Assembly: GCA_963815115.1 (NCBI GenBank)
Contig: CAWFFN010000007.1
Location: forward strand, 512,001 to 576,000
Direction: 5' to 3'
Length of the DNA: 64,000 bases
Source of the DNA: an uncultured delta proteobacterium
GTDB taxonomy: Bacteria; Desulfobacterota; Binatia; DP-6
The notes beneath the pieces are model-generated. The model ran no database searches and was not told the origin of the DNA. It was given only the letters and a program-made list of their open reading frames with translations. Shown in pieces: positions 9,579-22,158 of this stretch (positions are counted from its first letter, which is position 1; every line of letters begins with the position of its first letter). The translations under genes and the position numbers were made by a program.

Positions 9579-10364
9579 TTGCGCGACCGACCCGCTCAAG
9601 GAGAACTCCACGCGCTGCTGGCCGCGGTCCGCGCGCAGGTCGACTACCAGCGTCAACTCGGGGTGATTGGCTACCCGGCCGCCGCGCGGCCGGCGCCATC
9701 CGGGGCGGCGCGCCCGGCGACGCCCGCGCCCGCGCCGCATCGTCCGGCGGCGCCCGTGCAGACCGCCAACCTCTTCACCGAGCCCGCGATGGCTCGGGCC
9801 GACTCCCTCGAGTCGCTGCGGGCAGCCATCGGCGACTGCCAGCGGTGCAAGCTCGCGCCGCACCGGACCAACCTGGTGTTCGGCGTCGGCAACCCCCGGG
9901 CCCGCCTGGTGTTCGTCGGCGAGGGACCCGGTGCCGACGAGGATGCGCAGGGCGAGCCGTTCGTCGGCCGGGCCGGCCAGCTGCTCACCGAGATCATCAC
10001 CAAGGGCATGCGGCTCGAGCGCTCGGACGTCTACATCGCCAACGTGATCAAGTGCCGGCCGCCGGGCAACCGCAACCCCGAGCCCGACGAGGTGGCATCC
10101 TGCGAGCCGTTCCTCCTGCGCCAGATCGAGCTGATCGGGCCCGAGGTGATCGTCGCGCTCGGCAAGTTCGCCGTCCAGACACTGCTCGGGAACAAGACGC
10201 CGATCACCCAGCTGCGCGGCCGCTGGTTCGATTATCACGGCATCCAGCTCATGCCGACGTTCCACCCCGCGTACCTCTTGCGCAACCCGGCCGACAAGCG
10301 CCTGGTGTGGCAGGACATCCGCCAGGTGATGGAGCGCCTCGGGCTGCCGGGAGGCCGGTCGTGA
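9579..10364 (+). CDS. Uracil-DNA glycosylase family 4 (Fe-S)
   Basis: CQRCKL, VFGVGN, VGEGPG...GEPFVGRAG, NVIKCRPPGNRNP, PTFHPAYLLR. Start codon uncertain (TTG 9561 or 9579). Confidence 0.94.
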   Translation: MRDRPAQGELHALLAAVRAQVDYQRQLGVIGYPAAARPAPSGAARPATPAPAPHRPAAPVQTANLFTEPAMARADSLESLRAAIGDCQRCKLAPHRTNLVFGVGNPRARLVFVGEGPGADEDAQGEPFVGRAGQLLTEIITKGMRLERSDVYIANVIKCRPPGNRNPEPDEVASCEPFLLRQIELIGPEVIVALGKFAVQTLLGNKTPITQLRGRWFDYHGIQLMPTFHPAYLLRNPADKRLVWQDIRQVMERLGLPGGRS

Positions 10365-11686
10365 GAACGCCGCACCCCGGCGCCGTGGCGGTGCTCGCCT
10401 GCGGGCTGATGTTCGCCGGCACGCCGGCAGGCGGCGCCGAGCCCCGGCTGGCGCGCATCGTGGTCGACGGCGGGATCAATCCGGCCGTCGCGCAGTACGT
10501 GCGGCGGTCGATCGCCCGGGCGTCGGCCGAGGGAGACGTCGCCCTCGTCATCCAGCTCGACACGCCGGGCGGGCTGCTCGAGTCCGCGCGCGCGATGGTG
10601 AAGGACATCCTCGGCGCGCCGCTGCCGGTGATCGTCTACGTGGCGCCCAGCGGCGCCGTGGCGGGCTCGGCCGGGACGTTCGTCACCGAGGCGGCGCACG
10701 TCGCGGCGATGGCGCCGGGCACGACCATCGGTGCCGCGCACCCCGTGGGCGGGCAGGGTGAGGACATCCCGGGGACGCTCGGGAAGAAGCTGGAGAACTC
10801 GACCGCGTCGTTCAGCGAGTCACTCGCGCGCCAGCGCGGGCGCAACGTCGAGTGGGCCGGGAAGGCGGTGCGGCAGAGCGTCTCGATCGGCTCCGACGAG
10901 GCCGCCCGCATCCACGTCGTCGACCTGGTCGCACGCGACCTCGACGACCTGGCCGCCCGGACGAAGGACCGCACGGTGGAGGTGGCCGGTGCGGCGCGCA
11001 CGCTCGACCTGAGCCGGACGATCGGCCCCGACGGACACGCGCGCGTCGTCGACTACGAGATGCGTCTCGCCGAGCGCGTGCTGGACGTGCTCGCCGATCC
11101 GAACATCGCCTATCTGCTGATGATCGCCGGACTGCTCGCCCTGTACATCGAGATGACCCATCCGGGCCTCGTCCTGCCGGGCGTGGCCGGCGCCATCTGC
11201 CTGCTGCTCGCGATGACGGCGCTGCACGTCCTGTCGGTCAACTACGGTGGCCTCGCGCTGCTCCTGCTCGGCGCGGGATTCCTGGTCGCGGAGGCCTTCC
11301 TGCCCACCTTCGGCGTGCTGGGCGCCGGCGGACTGGCGGCCTTCGTCCTCGGCTCGCTCTTCCTGTTCGACACCGAGGGCACCGGCGTCGCCGTGGCGCG
11401 CAGCCTCATCTTCGGCGCGGCGGGTGCGCTGGCGGTCTTCGCCCTCGTGGTGGGGACGCTGGTCATGCGCGCGCGCCGGCGTCAGCCGATCGGGGGACGC
11501 GAGGGCATGCTCGGCATGATCGGCGAGGTCCGCCAGCGGCTCGATCCACGGGGAACCGTGCTGGTGCGCGGCGAGTACTGGATGGCGACGAGCGAGGTGC
11601 CGGTGCAACCCGGGCAGCCGGTCGAGATCACCGGAGTGGACGGGCTCACGCTGCGGGTGCGCCCGGCGGGTATGTCCCGGTCCTGA
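10361..11686 (+). CDS. nfeD: NfeD family membrane-bound serine protease (ClpP class)
   Basis: [28 protein letters not shown]-terminal OB fold (VRGEYW); precedes an SPFH gene. Confidence 0.92.
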   Translation: MRTPHPGAVAVLACGLMFAGTPAGGAEPRLARIVVDGGINPAVAQYVRRSIARASAEGDVALVIQLDTPGGLLESARAMVKDILGAPLPVIVYVAPSGAVAGSAGTFVTEAAHVAAMAPGTTIGAAHPVGGQGEDIPGTLGKKLENSTASFSESLARQRGRNVEWAGKAVRQSVSIGSDEAARIHVVDLVARDLDDLAARTKDRTVEVAGAARTLDLSRTIGPDGHARVVDYEMRLAERVLDVLADPNIAYLLMIAGLLALYIEMTHPGLVLPGVAGAICLLLAMTALHVLSVNYGGLALLLLGAGFLVAEAFLPTFGVLGAGGLAAFVLGSLFLFDTEGTGVAVARSLIFGAAGALAVFALVVGTLVMRARRRQPIGGREGMLGMIGEVRQRLDPRGTVLVRGEYWMATSEVPVQPGQPVEITGVDGLTLRVRPAGMSRS

Positions 11687-11712
11687 GATCACGAGAACGG
11701 GGGAGGTGTCGC

Positions 11713-12477
11713 ATGCCTGGTAGCATCCTGCTGGTCCTGATCCTGCTCGCCCTGGCGGCGAGCGCCATCAAGATCGTGCGCGAGTACGAGCGGCTGGTGG
11801 TGTTCCGGCTCGGGAGGCTGGTCGGTCCGCGCGGCCCCGGGATAACCTTCATCATCCCGGGCATCGAGCGAGCGATGCGGGTCGACCTGCGCACCATCAC
11901 CATGGACATTCCGGGGCAGGACGTTATCACCAAGGACAACGTCTCGATGAAGGTCAACGCCGTGCTCTACTTCCGCGTCATCGATCCGAACCGCAGCGTC
12001 GTCGAGGTCGAGAACTACCTCTTCGCCACCTCGCAGAACGCCCAGACCACGCTGCGCAGCGTGTGCGGCGAGGCGGAGCTGGACGACCTGCTGAGCGCGC
12101 GGGAGAAGATCAACACCCAGGTGCAGAGCATCATCGATCGGCACACGGAGCCCTGGGGAATCAAGGTGGTGCAGGTGGCGATCAAGCACATCGACCTGCC
12201 CGAGGAGATGCGTCGCGCGATGGCGCGGCAGGCGGAGGCGGAGCGGGAGCGGCGCGCCAAGGTGATCGCCGCGGAGGGCGAGTTCCAGGCGTCGGAGCGC
12301 CTCGCGGAGGCCGCCGCCATCATGGCCAGGGAGCCGATGACGCTGCAGCTCCGCTACTTGCAGACCCTCACCGAGATCGCGACCGAGAACAACTCGACCA
12401 CCGTCTTTCCCGTGCCGCTCGACCTCCTGCGGCCGTTCCTGGAGGCGACGAAGTCGCCGCCCGACCGCACGCCGTGA
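11713..12477 (+). CDS. SPFH/stomatin (slipin) family protein
   Basis: [51 protein letters not shown]. Confidence 0.94.
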   Translation: MPGSILLVLILLALAASAIKIVREYERLVVFRLGRLVGPRGPGITFIIPGIERAMRVDLRTITMDIPGQDVITKDNVSMKVNAVLYFRVIDPNRSVVEVENYLFATSQNAQTTLRSVCGEAELDDLLSAREKINTQVQSIIDRHTEPWGIKVVQVAIKHIDLPEEMRRAMARQAEAERERRAKVIAAEGEFQASERLAEAAAIMAREPMTLQLRYLQTLTEIATENNSTTVFPVPLDLLRPFLEATKSPPDRTP

Positions 12478-13493
12478 GACTCGAGGACCTCGACTACGCG
12501 CTGCCACCGGAGCTGATCGCTCAGGAGCCGGCTGCGGAGCGAACGGCCGCACGGCTCCTCGCCGTCACCCGCGACCCTCGCGGTCTCGCACACCACACGG
12601 TGGCGGCGCTGCCGCGGCTCCTGCGGCGGGGCGATCTGCTGGTGTTGAACGACGCCCGCGTCATCCCCGCGCGGGTGCACGGGCGGCGGCCGAGCGGCGG
12701 GCGGCTCGAGCTGCTCCTGCTCGGTGAGACGACCGCGGGGGAGTGGCAGGCGCTGGTGCGTGGCGCGCCGCGGGCGGGCGAGCGCGTACACCTGCCCGAA
12801 GGCTCCGGCGAGTGGACCGCCCCCCTGGGCGACGGCCGCTGGCGCCTGCGCCTGGAGGTGGCCGGCCCGGTGCTCGCGTGGCTCGAGCGGGTGGGCGAGC
12901 TGCCGCTCCCGCCGTACATCCGGCGTCCGGACGGGCCGACCGCCGCCGATCGCGAGCGCTACCAGACGACGTTCGCCCGCGTGCCCGGCGCCGTGGCGGC
13001 CCCCACCGCCGGGCTGCACTTCACCCCGGCGCTGCTCGCCGGGCTCGAGGAAGCGGGCATCGCGCACGTGACCCTCACCCTCGACGTCGGACCGGGCACC
13101 TTCCTCCCCATCCGGGGCGGCGACCTGGCCGGCTACGAAATGGCGCCCGAGCGCTTCGCGCTGCCCGCCGGCGCGGTGGATCGCATCCTCGCGACGCGCG
13201 CGGCAGGCGGCAGGGTGGTCGCCGTCGGGACGACGACCGTGCGCGCGCTCGAGTCGGCGGCCGCGGCCGGATCGCTGCGCGCCGGCCGAGGCGACGCGGC
13301 GCTGTTCATCCGGCCCGGGCACGGGTTCCGGATCGTCGACGCGCTCCTCACCAACTTCCACCTGCCGCGCACCCCGCTGCTCGCGCTGGTCGCCGCGCTG
13401 GCGGGTCCGGACCTGTGGCGCGTCGCCTACGACGAGGCGGTGCGCGAGCGGTACCGCTTCTACAGCTACGGCGACGCGATGCTGATCACGTGA
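12474..13493 (+). CDS. queA: S-adenosylmethionine:tRNA ribosyltransferase-isomerase
   Basis: [62 protein letters not shown]. Confidence 0.96.
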   Translation: MRLEDLDYALPPELIAQEPAAERTAARLLAVTRDPRGLAHHTVAALPRLLRRGDLLVLNDARVIPARVHGRRPSGGRLELLLLGETTAGEWQALVRGAPRAGERVHLPEGSGEWTAPLGDGRWRLRLEVAGPVLAWLERVGELPLPPYIRRPDGPTAADRERYQTTFARVPGAVAAPTAGLHFTPALLAGLEEAGIAHVTLTLDVGPGTFLPIRGGDLAGYEMAPERFALPAGAVDRILATRAAGGRVVAVGTTTVRALESAAAAGSLRAGRGDAALFIRPGHGFRIVDALLTNFHLPRTPLLALVAALAGPDLWRVAYDEAVRERYRFYSYGDAMLIT

Positions 13494-14596
13494 CCCCGCC
13501 CTCGTTCGAGGTGCTGCAGGCGGGGACGGACGGGGCGCGCCTCGGCCGCCTCGCGCTGGCCCACGGGGCGGTGGACACGCCGGCGTTCATGCCGGTCGCC
13601 ACGCAGGGCTCGGTGAAAGGTGTGACTCCGGCGCAGCTGGAGGACGTCGGCGCGACCATCGTGCTGGCGAACGCGTATCACCTGGCGCAGCGCCCGGGGC
13701 TCGAGGTGGTCACCGCGCTCGGCGGCCTGCACGCGCTCATGGGATGGTCACGGCCGCTACTGACCGACAGCGGCGGCTTCCAGGTGATGAGCCTCGCCGG
13801 CCTGGTGCGCGTCGAGGACGAGGGCGTGCGATACCGCTCGCACGTCGACGGCCGGCAAGGGTTCATGCGACCGGAGGACGCGGTGGCGATCCAGGAAGCG
13901 CTCGGAGTCGACGTCGCGATGTCGCTCGACGAGTGCGTGCCCGCGGACGCCACGCCGGCACGGGTGGCGCGGGCGGTGGCGCGCACGACCGACTGGGCGG
14001 CCCGCGGCCTCGCCGCGCGCCGGCGGGCCGACGTCGCGCTGTTCGGCATCGTGCAGGGCGGTCTCGACGTCGCGCTGCGCACCGAGAGCGCGGCCGACCT
14101 CCTGGCGCTCGGCTTCGACGGCTACGCGGTGGGCGGCCTGTGCGTCGGCGAGCCCGCCGAGGAGACCGCGCGGGTCGCGGCGGAGACCGTGCGCCTCCTT
14201 CCCGAGCGCAGGCCGCGCTACCTCATGGGCATGGGGACGCCCCGCGATTTGCTTACCTTTGCGGGCCTGGGATATGACCTGTTCGATTGTGTCCTGCCCA
14301 CCCGAAACGGGCGGAACGGGACACTCTTCACCCGTGAAGGCAAGCTGATGATCCGCAATGCACGCCATGCCCGCGATTCGCAGCCGCCCGATGCCTCGTG
14401 CGGCTGCTACACCTGCCGGCACTTCAGCCGCGGTGCGCTGCGGCACCTCGCGCTCGCGGGAGAGATGCTCGCCGCCCAGCTCGCAACCCTGCACAACCTG
14501 TTTTTCTACCTCGAGCTCATGAGCGAGATACGGGCCGATCTGCGCGCGGGGACCTTCCCGGTGCGGGCGCGCGCGGCGGCTGGGGCCTGGGCCTGA
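13490..14596 (+). CDS. tgt: tRNA-guanine transglycosylase
   Basis: TPAFMPVAT, LTDSGGFQV, DEC, FGIVQGG, PRYLMG, FDCVLPTRNGR, CGCYTC zinc site. Confidence 0.97.
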   Translation: MTPPSFEVLQAGTDGARLGRLALAHGAVDTPAFMPVATQGSVKGVTPAQLEDVGATIVLANAYHLAQRPGLEVVTALGGLHALMGWSRPLLTDSGGFQVMSLAGLVRVEDEGVRYRSHVDGRQGFMRPEDAVAIQEALGVDVAMSLDECVPADATPARVARAVARTTDWAARGLAARRRADVALFGIVQGGLDVALRTESAADLLALGFDGYAVGGLCVGEPAEETARVAAETVRLLPERRPRYLMGMGTPRDLLTFAGLGYDLFDCVLPTRNGRNGTLFTREGKLMIRNARHARDSQPPDASCGCYTCRHFSRGALRHLALAGEMLAAQLATLHNLFFYLELMSEIRADLRAGTFPVRARAAAGAWA

Positions 14597-14597
14597 C

Positions 14598-14936
14598 GTG
14601 AGCGACGCGTGGGCACAGACCGGCGAGGCGTCGGGGCCGCCGCCGTTCGCCAACATCGGGTTCATCGTCCTGATGATGGCGATCTTCTGGTTCGTGCTCC
14701 TGCGCCCCGAGCAGCGCCGCCGCAAGGAGCGTGACGCGCTCGTCGCTTCCCTCAAGCGCAACGACCAGGTCGTCCTGAGCAGCGGGTTACACGGGCGCGT
14801 CGTCACCCTCGGTGACAAGCTCGTGACCCTCGAGATCGCGCCGAAGGTGCAGGTGCAGGTGGAGCGCTCGGCCATCGAGACCATCGAGAACCTGCCCGGC
14901 CCCGAGCAGCGCGAGAAGGAGCGGGAGAAATCGTAG
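14598..14936 (+). CDS. yajC: Preprotein translocase subunit YajC
   Basis: TM helix then LRPEQRRRK, D-x-V-x-x-SGLHG; canonical tgt-yajC-secD-secF order. Confidence 0.93.
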   Translation: MSDAWAQTGEASGPPPFANIGFIVLMMAIFWFVLLRPEQRRRKERDALVASLKRNDQVVLSSGLHGRVVTLGDKLVTLEIAPKVQVQVERSAIETIENLPGPEQREKEREKS

Positions 14937-16500
14937 ATGGCCTCCATCCGCTACCGCGGGCTGCTGTTCGCGGCGCTCATCGTCGTCGCCCTGATCGTCC
15001 TGCTGCCCACCTTCGTCAGCCCGCTGCCGGCGTGGTGGCCATGGCACCAGCCGGTACGCCTCGGGCTCGACCTCCAGGGCGGGACCCATCTCCTCTACCA
15101 GGTCCAGATCGACCAGGCGATCGACAACCAGGTCGACCGGGTCAGCCAGGACGTGCAGAGCGAGCTCCGCAACGCCCAGATCGGCGCCTTCACCGTCGAG
15201 CGCCAGGGGCGCACCATCCAGGTCCGGCTGGCCAACCACGACAAGCGCGGCGACGCGCGGCGCGTCCTCGAGGATCGCTTCCGGAATCTCACCCTGTCCG
15301 AGCCGACCGGCAGCGACGCGCCCGACTTCTCGCTCGAGATGAACGGACGGGAGGAGGTCGCCCTGCGCGACCGGGCGGTGGAGCAGGCGCTCCAGATCAT
15401 GCGCAACCGCATCGATCAGTTCGGCGTCTCCGAACCGACGCTCCAGCTGCAGGGGTCGGACGAGATCGTGGTCCAGCTTCCGGGCATCCAGGACCCGCAG
15501 CGAGCGAAGGACCTGATCGGCCGCACCGCGCTGCTGGAGTTCAAGTTCGTGGCCGAAGGGCCGCAGGCCGGCACGATCCAGAACCCGGGACCCGGGGTCC
15601 AGGTGCTGCCCGGGCTCGGCGGGGCGGGCGGCCGCACGCAGTACCTCGTCGACAGGCGCCCCATCATGACCGGCGACGTGATCGCCGATGCCAGCGTGCG
15701 TCCCGGCAGCGTCACCGAGGGCATGGCAGTCGACTTCGTCCTCGACGCGCGGGGCGCCAAGCTGTTCGGCGATGCGACGACGCAGAACGTGCACCGCCAC
15801 CTCGGCGATCGTCCTCGACGGCGTCGTCCAGTCGGCTCCCGAGATCCGCGAGCCCATCACCGGCGGACGCGGCCAGATCACCGGACGCTTCAACTTCACG
15901 GAGGCGCAGGATCTCGCGAACGTGCTGCGCAACGGCGCGCTGCCGGCGCCGCTCAAGCTGCTCGAGGAGCGCACGGTCGGGCCCTCGCTGGGCAAGGACT
16001 CCATCCGCCAGGGCACGATCTCGTTCGCCGTCGGCAGCGTGGCGGTCGTCCTCTTCATGCTGGTCTACTACCGCGGCGGCGGCATCATCGCCGACGTGGC
16101 GCTGGTCGTGAACCTCCTCCTGATCCTCGGCGCCTTCGCGGCCTTCGGGTTCACCCTCACGCTGCCGGGCATCGCCGGGATCGTGCTCACGGTCGGCATG
16201 GCCGTGGACGCGAACATCCTCATCCTGGAGCGCATGCGCGAGGAGCTGCGGCTCGGGAAGAGCGTTCGCGCCGCCATCGACACCGGATACGAGAAGGCGT
16301 GGAACGCCATCTTCGACTCCAACATCACGACCTTCCTGTCGGGTCTGATTCTCTTTCAGTTCGGCACCGGCCCGGTGCGTGGCTTCGCGGTCACCCTGTG
16401 CGTCGGTATCCTGACCACCATGACGACCGCGGTCTTCCTCACCCGGGTGGTATACGACTGGCTCGCCATCGGGCGACGCGTGGCGACGGTGAGCATATGA
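14937..16500 (+). CDS. secD: Protein translocase subunit SecD with a single frameshift near 15803, probably sequencing error
   Basis: LGLDLQGG and RNRIDQFGVSEP in the first frame; AIVLDG, GALPAPL, VGPSLG, GMAVDANILI in the second. ctcGgcgatc carries one extra base. Confidence 0.93.
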
Positions 16501-17486
16501 AACAGAACTCCGGAACGGTGGCGACGGGAGCGAAGGCTGGCCGCGAGGAGCGCGCCCCGGCGGCACCGCCTCACTTCATCGAGCTGATCTCGCCGAATCC
16601 CGGCATCGACTTCCTGCGCTGGGCACCCATCGCGATCGCCGCGACCTGGCTGTTCATCCTCGCCGGCCTCGCAGGCGTCTGGTACCACGGGGGCCTCAAC
16701 TACGGCATCGACTTCGCCGGCGGCACGCTGGTGCAGGTGCGCTTCGCCAAGCCCGCGTCGGTGGCCGACGTCCGCGCCGCGCTGTCGCGACCCGATCTGA
16801 AGGAGGTCGTGGTCCAGGACGTCGGCGGTGGCGGCAAGGAGTTCCAGATCCGCGTGCTCGGGAGCGGTGAGGAAGCGGAGATGGCGGACGCGGACTCGGT
16901 GAAGGGCGGCCTGCGCGACACCTTCGGCGAGGGCACCTACGACGTCCTCCGCGTCGAGCGCGTCGGCCCCAAGGTCGGCAAGGACCTCTGGCGGCAGGCG
17001 ACCCTCGCCGTGCTCGTCGCCACCACCATGATGGGAATCTACATCGCGTTCCGGTTCGACGTGCGCTTCGGCGTCGGCGCGGCGGTGGCCCTGATCCACG
17101 ACGTGCTGTTCACCGTGGCGGCGCTCTCGCTCGCGCACATGGAGTTCGACCTCACCACGGTGGCGGGCCTGCTCACGGTCGTCGGCTTTTCCGTGCACGA
17201 CACCGTCATCATCTCGGATCGCATCCGCGAGAACCTCCGCAAGCTCCGCAAGGAGAACCTCGCCTCGCTCATCAACCTGTCGGTGAACGAGACGCTGTCG
17301 CGCACCATCATCACCAACGGAACCGCGATCACGGTCACCGGTGCGCTCTTCCTGCTGGGCGGAAGCACGATCCACAGCTTCGCCTTCACCCTGCTCATCG
17401 GCTTCATCGTGGGGACGTATTCGTCGATCTACATCGCCAGCCCGGTGGTGCTCCTGATGGAGCGGTGGCGCACCGGCACCCGGTGA
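16497..17486 (+). CDS. secF: Protein translocase subunit SecF
   Basis: NYGIDFAGG, VGPKVG, HD, GFSVHDTVIISDRIRE, ETLSRTIIT, GTYSSIYIA; ATGA overlap with secD. Confidence 0.96.
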   Translation: MKQNSGTVATGAKAGREERAPAAPPHFIELISPNPGIDFLRWAPIAIAATWLFILAGLAGVWYHGGLNYGIDFAGGTLVQVRFAKPASVADVRAALSRPDLKEVVVQDVGGGGKEFQIRVLGSGEEAEMADADSVKGGLRDTFGEGTYDVLRVERVGPKVGKDLWRQATLAVLVATTMMGIYIAFRFDVRFGVGAAVALIHDVLFTVAALSLAHMEFDLTTVAGLLTVVGFSVHDTVIISDRIRENLRKLRKENLASLINLSVNETLSRTIITNGTAITVTGALFLLGGSTIHSFAFTLLIGFIVGTYSSIYIASPVVLLMERWRTGTR

Positions 17487-17534
17487 TGAGTTGCGCTTTC
17501 AACCCGTGAACAACGCAGCGGAAAACGATCTTCC

Positions 17535-17563
17535 TTGACGGTCTTCCATGTCCCTGCTACGAC
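17535..17563 (+). promoter_or_regulatory. Sigma70-like promoter for the HTH gene
   Basis: TTGACG-17 nt-TACGAC with TGn extension. Confidence 0.45.
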
Positions 17564-17595
17564 CGAATCCAGCGGAGAGTCGTGCCGTCGAGGCC

Positions 17596-17787
17596 ATGCT
17601 GGACAAGGAAGACATGCTGTTGAACAGCAAGGAGGTCGCGGAGATCCTCGACCTCAGCCCCGACACCGTGAACGAGCTGGCGCGCAAGAGCGTGCTGCCG
17701 GCCTTCAAGCGTGGCCGGCAATGGCGGTTCCGCCGGCGAGACATCTCATCCTTCAAGCGGGAGCTCCGAGGCACCACCGCGGCATGA
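17596..17787 (+). CDS. Small helix-turn-helix protein (excisionase/MerR-like HTH_17)
   Basis: LLNSKEVAEILDLSPDTVNELARK-x-x-LPAFKRGRQWRF pattern. Confidence 0.85.
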   Translation: MLDKEDMLLNSKEVAEILDLSPDTVNELARKSVLPAFKRGRQWRFRRRDISSFKRELRGTTAA

Positions 17788-17882
17788 CGGCGAAGGCCGC
17801 GGCGCGGGGGCGGGCTCGGCAGTAGCGAGCCGTGGTGGAGGAGGGGATGCGCTCGTCGAGCACGCGAAAGGGGTAGGGTAGG

Positions 17883-18554
17883 ATGGCCGTTGCGAACACC
17901 CAGCCGCACGAGAGTGCCCTCTACTACGAGTTCTCGCACCTCTACGATCTGTTCTTCGGTCGCGTGTTCTATCCCCGGATCGTCCGGGTGATCCGCTCGC
18001 TCGGCATCGAGCCGGGCGCGCGTGTCCTCGAGCTCGGCGTCGGTACCGGCCTGTCGCTCGATGCCTATCCCCACCACTGCCAGGTGACCGGCATCGATCT
18101 GGCCCCCGAGATGCTCGAGCGCGCGCAGGACCGGGTGAACCGCAACGGCTGGCGTCACATCACGCTGCAGCAGGGCGATGCCCTCAACCTGGCGTTCGCC
18201 GACGACACCTTCGACTACGTCATGGCGTTTCACGTCGTGAGCGTGGTCCCGGATCCGCAGCGGATGATGGCCGAGGCGCAGCGCGTCTGTCGGCCCGGAG
18301 GGTTGCTCACCATCATCAACCACTTCCGTAGCCCGCAGCCGGCCGTGGCGCGCATGCAGCGCGGCATCGACCCGCTCACCCGGCGCCTCGGCTGGACGAC
18401 GCTCCGCCTGCCGGAGATTCTCGATCGTTCCACGCTGCACATCGAGCGGCAGTGGAAGACGTCGCGCCGCTCGCTCTTCACGATCGTGGTGGCGCGCAAC
18501 GCCAAGGCGTTGCCGGCCGTCATGAGCGCCGGCCGCGTGCGCGCCGCTCAGTGA
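17883..18554 (+). CDS. Class I SAM methyltransferase, phospholipid N-methyltransferase (PmtA)-like
   Basis: YDLFFG, VLELGVGTGLSL, VTGIDLAPEML, GDA, DYVMAFHVVSVVPDP, RVCRPGG, NHF motifs typical of Rhodobacter-type PmtA. Confidence 0.8.
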   Translation: MAVANTQPHESALYYEFSHLYDLFFGRVFYPRIVRVIRSLGIEPGARVLELGVGTGLSLDAYPHHCQVTGIDLAPEMLERAQDRVNRNGWRHITLQQGDALNLAFADDTFDYVMAFHVVSVVPDPQRMMAEAQRVCRPGGLLTIINHFRSPQPAVARMQRGIDPLTRRLGWTTLRLPEILDRSTLHIERQWKTSRRSLFTIVVARNAKALPAVMSAGRVRAAQ

Positions 18555-19117
18555 CGGAAACGCTGGACCGGCGCGATGGGAATCACGCCGCGTCGCATCA
18601 GCAGATCGGCCTCGCGCTCGCCGCGCGTGTGCAGCCAGCGCTTGTAGAGCCGCAGCGTGTCCTGCTGGCGCCGGAATAGCTCACCGTCGCTGATCTCGGC
18701 CAGGACGCGGACGAATTGGGGGAAGCGGCCGGCGAGCTCTTCGAACGACTCGCCGAGCGCGCCGCGTCCGGACTCGGCCGACAGCCAGGCGTAGGCGGTG
18801 CGGCCGAGGGCGGCGTAGTACTCGGCCCCGACGAGGCGGCGCTCGAGGCTGTCGAAGAAGATGCCGGAGACGAAGAGCGCGGTGTCGGCGACCCGGCGCA
18901 GCTTGCCGACCCGCTGGCGACCGGGCAGGTGGAACGCCTCGAGGTAGTCGACGGCGAGGGGGGGATCGAGGAGATCGCCACGCCCCGGCCTGGCGAACCC
19001 CTCCAGCAGCTTCACGAGATAGAACTCCGTCGCCTCGGACGACGCGACCCGCTGCGAGGACATCGCCCCGCGCACCAGCTCGTGGAAGAGGGCAGTGAGG
19101 TTGCCGGTCTTGAGCAT
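18548..19117 (-). CDS. Hypothetical protein
   Basis: Codon-biased ORF MLKTGNLTALFHELV...EFYLVKLL...ADTALFVSGIF...YYAALGRTAY...LRLYKRWL; convergent 7-nt overlap with the methyltransferase gene. Confidence 0.75.
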   Translation of the reverse strand: MLKTGNLTALFHELVRGAMSSQRVASSEATEFYLVKLLEGFARPGRGDLLDPPLAVDYLEAFHLPGRQRVGKLRRVADTALFVSGIFFDSLERRLVGAEYYAALGRTAYAWLSAESGRGALGESFEELAGRFPQFVRVLAEISDGELFRRQQDTLRLYKRWLHTRGEREADLLMRRGVIPIAPVQRFRH

Positions 19118-19232
19118 CGCAGAGACTCCCGCGGGCGCCACCCGGATTGTGCTGGCTCGGCCGGGATTTGGCAAACCGGAATCGATTTGAAGCGACCCCG
19201 ATCACTTTGCTAAGTGAGCGGGCTTCCGCCCC

Positions 19233-21033
<1,801 letters not shown>

Positions 21034-21041
<8 letters not shown>

Positions 21042-21057
21042 GTCGTCGAGTGAGTCG
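21034..21057 (+). repeat. Perfect 12-bp tandem duplication spanning the aspS stop codon
   Basis: TCGAGTGAGTCG at 21034-21045 and again at 21046-21057. Confidence 0.9.
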
Positions 21058-21060
21058 TGC

Positions 21061-21903
21061 TCAGGCGGGCGGCTTGCCGCCGCCGAGCAGCCGCCGCACG
21101 GCGAGGCCCGCGCGCACCGCGGGATGGTTGTAGATGCGCTCGAGCGTGGCGCCGGCCTGCATGAGCTCCTCGTAGAGACCCGCGACGGCGTCTTCCAGGT
21201 GACGCTCGTAGAGCGTGCGATGCTTGGCCACCATGTCGCGCATGCGCTTGCGCGGCACGCCCGGCCGGCGGGCGGCTCGCTCGCGGCTCTGCGGGCCGCG
21301 GCGGTACCAGGCGAGGACCTCCGGCACGCACGCGCCGCGCCAGCCGTGCTCGAGCGCCGAGAGCCAGAGATCCCAGTCCTCCGAGCTGTCGACGAAGATG
21401 GGATCGTAGCCTCCCGCCTGCTCCCAGATTGTCCGGCGGTAGAGCGACGTGACGTGAACGGTGCAGTTCGACAGCAGCTCGGGCACCGTGAAGGGACCCG
21501 TGCGCCAGACGCCGTGGTGCTCGCCGGCGAGGCCGACCCAGGTGTGGACCATCCCGAGCCCGGGATCGGCGTCGAGGAGCGGCACCGTCCTCGCGAGGTA
21601 CGAGTGCTCGAGCCAGTCGTCGGCGTCCAGGGGCAGGATGTAGGCCCCGCGCGCGTGCTCGATGGCGAGATTGCGCGCCCGCGACGGCCCGCGGTTCGGC
21701 GTGCGGTGCAGGAACACGCCCGGCCGGACCGCGGCCGCATCCAGCAGCGTGAGCGTGGTGGGGTCGCGCGAGCCGTCGTCCACGATGACCAGCTCCCGAT
21801 CGGTGAAGGTCTGCGCGGCGACGCTGTCGAGCGCCTGCTCGAGGGGCCGGCCCGCGTCGAAGACCGGCATGACGACGGAGACCCGCGGAGTGCGATCGCT
21901 CAT
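21061..21903 (-). CDS. Glycosyltransferase family 2
   Basis: VSVVMPVFD, IVDDGSRD, NRGPSRARN, PLDADD (DxD), GGYD, EDWDLW. Confidence 0.92.
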   Translation of the reverse strand: MSDRTPRVSVVMPVFDAGRPLEQALDSVAAQTFTDRELVIVDDGSRDPTTLTLLDAAAVRPGVFLHRTPNRGPSRARNLAIEHARGAYILPLDADDWLEHSYLARTVPLLDADPGLGMVHTWVGLAGEHHGVWRTGPFTVPELLSNCTVHVTSLYRRTIWEQAGGYDPIFVDSSEDWDLWLSALEHGWRGACVPEVLAWYRRGPQSRERAARRPGVPRKRMRDMVAKHRTLYERHLEDAVAGLYEELMQAGATLERIYNHPAVRAGLAVRRLLGGGKPPA

Positions 21904-22158
21904 CGGGGTGGCCAGGGCGCGGGGCGTGCGAGCGAGACGGCCATGCCGGCGGCTACGCGTGGGTTCGGCAGGAGCGCTCCGCTCTACACGCGGCGCAGAT
22001 CTCTCGGCACCAGCGGTGGGTAGCAAAAGGCGCGAGTCCGGGCAAACCACAGCGGGGCGGGACCGGTGCTGCACGGCCCCCTCCGCCCGCGTTGCCCGGG
22101 GCCCGGAATTCGACTAGCAAGAGTCGGCGTTGGCGGGGATCCTCGACAGCGGGGGAGC

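Noticed and set aside
14937-17486. 849-aa SecDF fusion ORF
   Set aside because: Artefact of the secD frameshift. The middle of the ORF is nonsense and secF has its own ATG overlapping the secD stop.
17596-17787. Prophage or ICE excisionase
   Set aside because: No integrase, att repeats or phage genes nearby.
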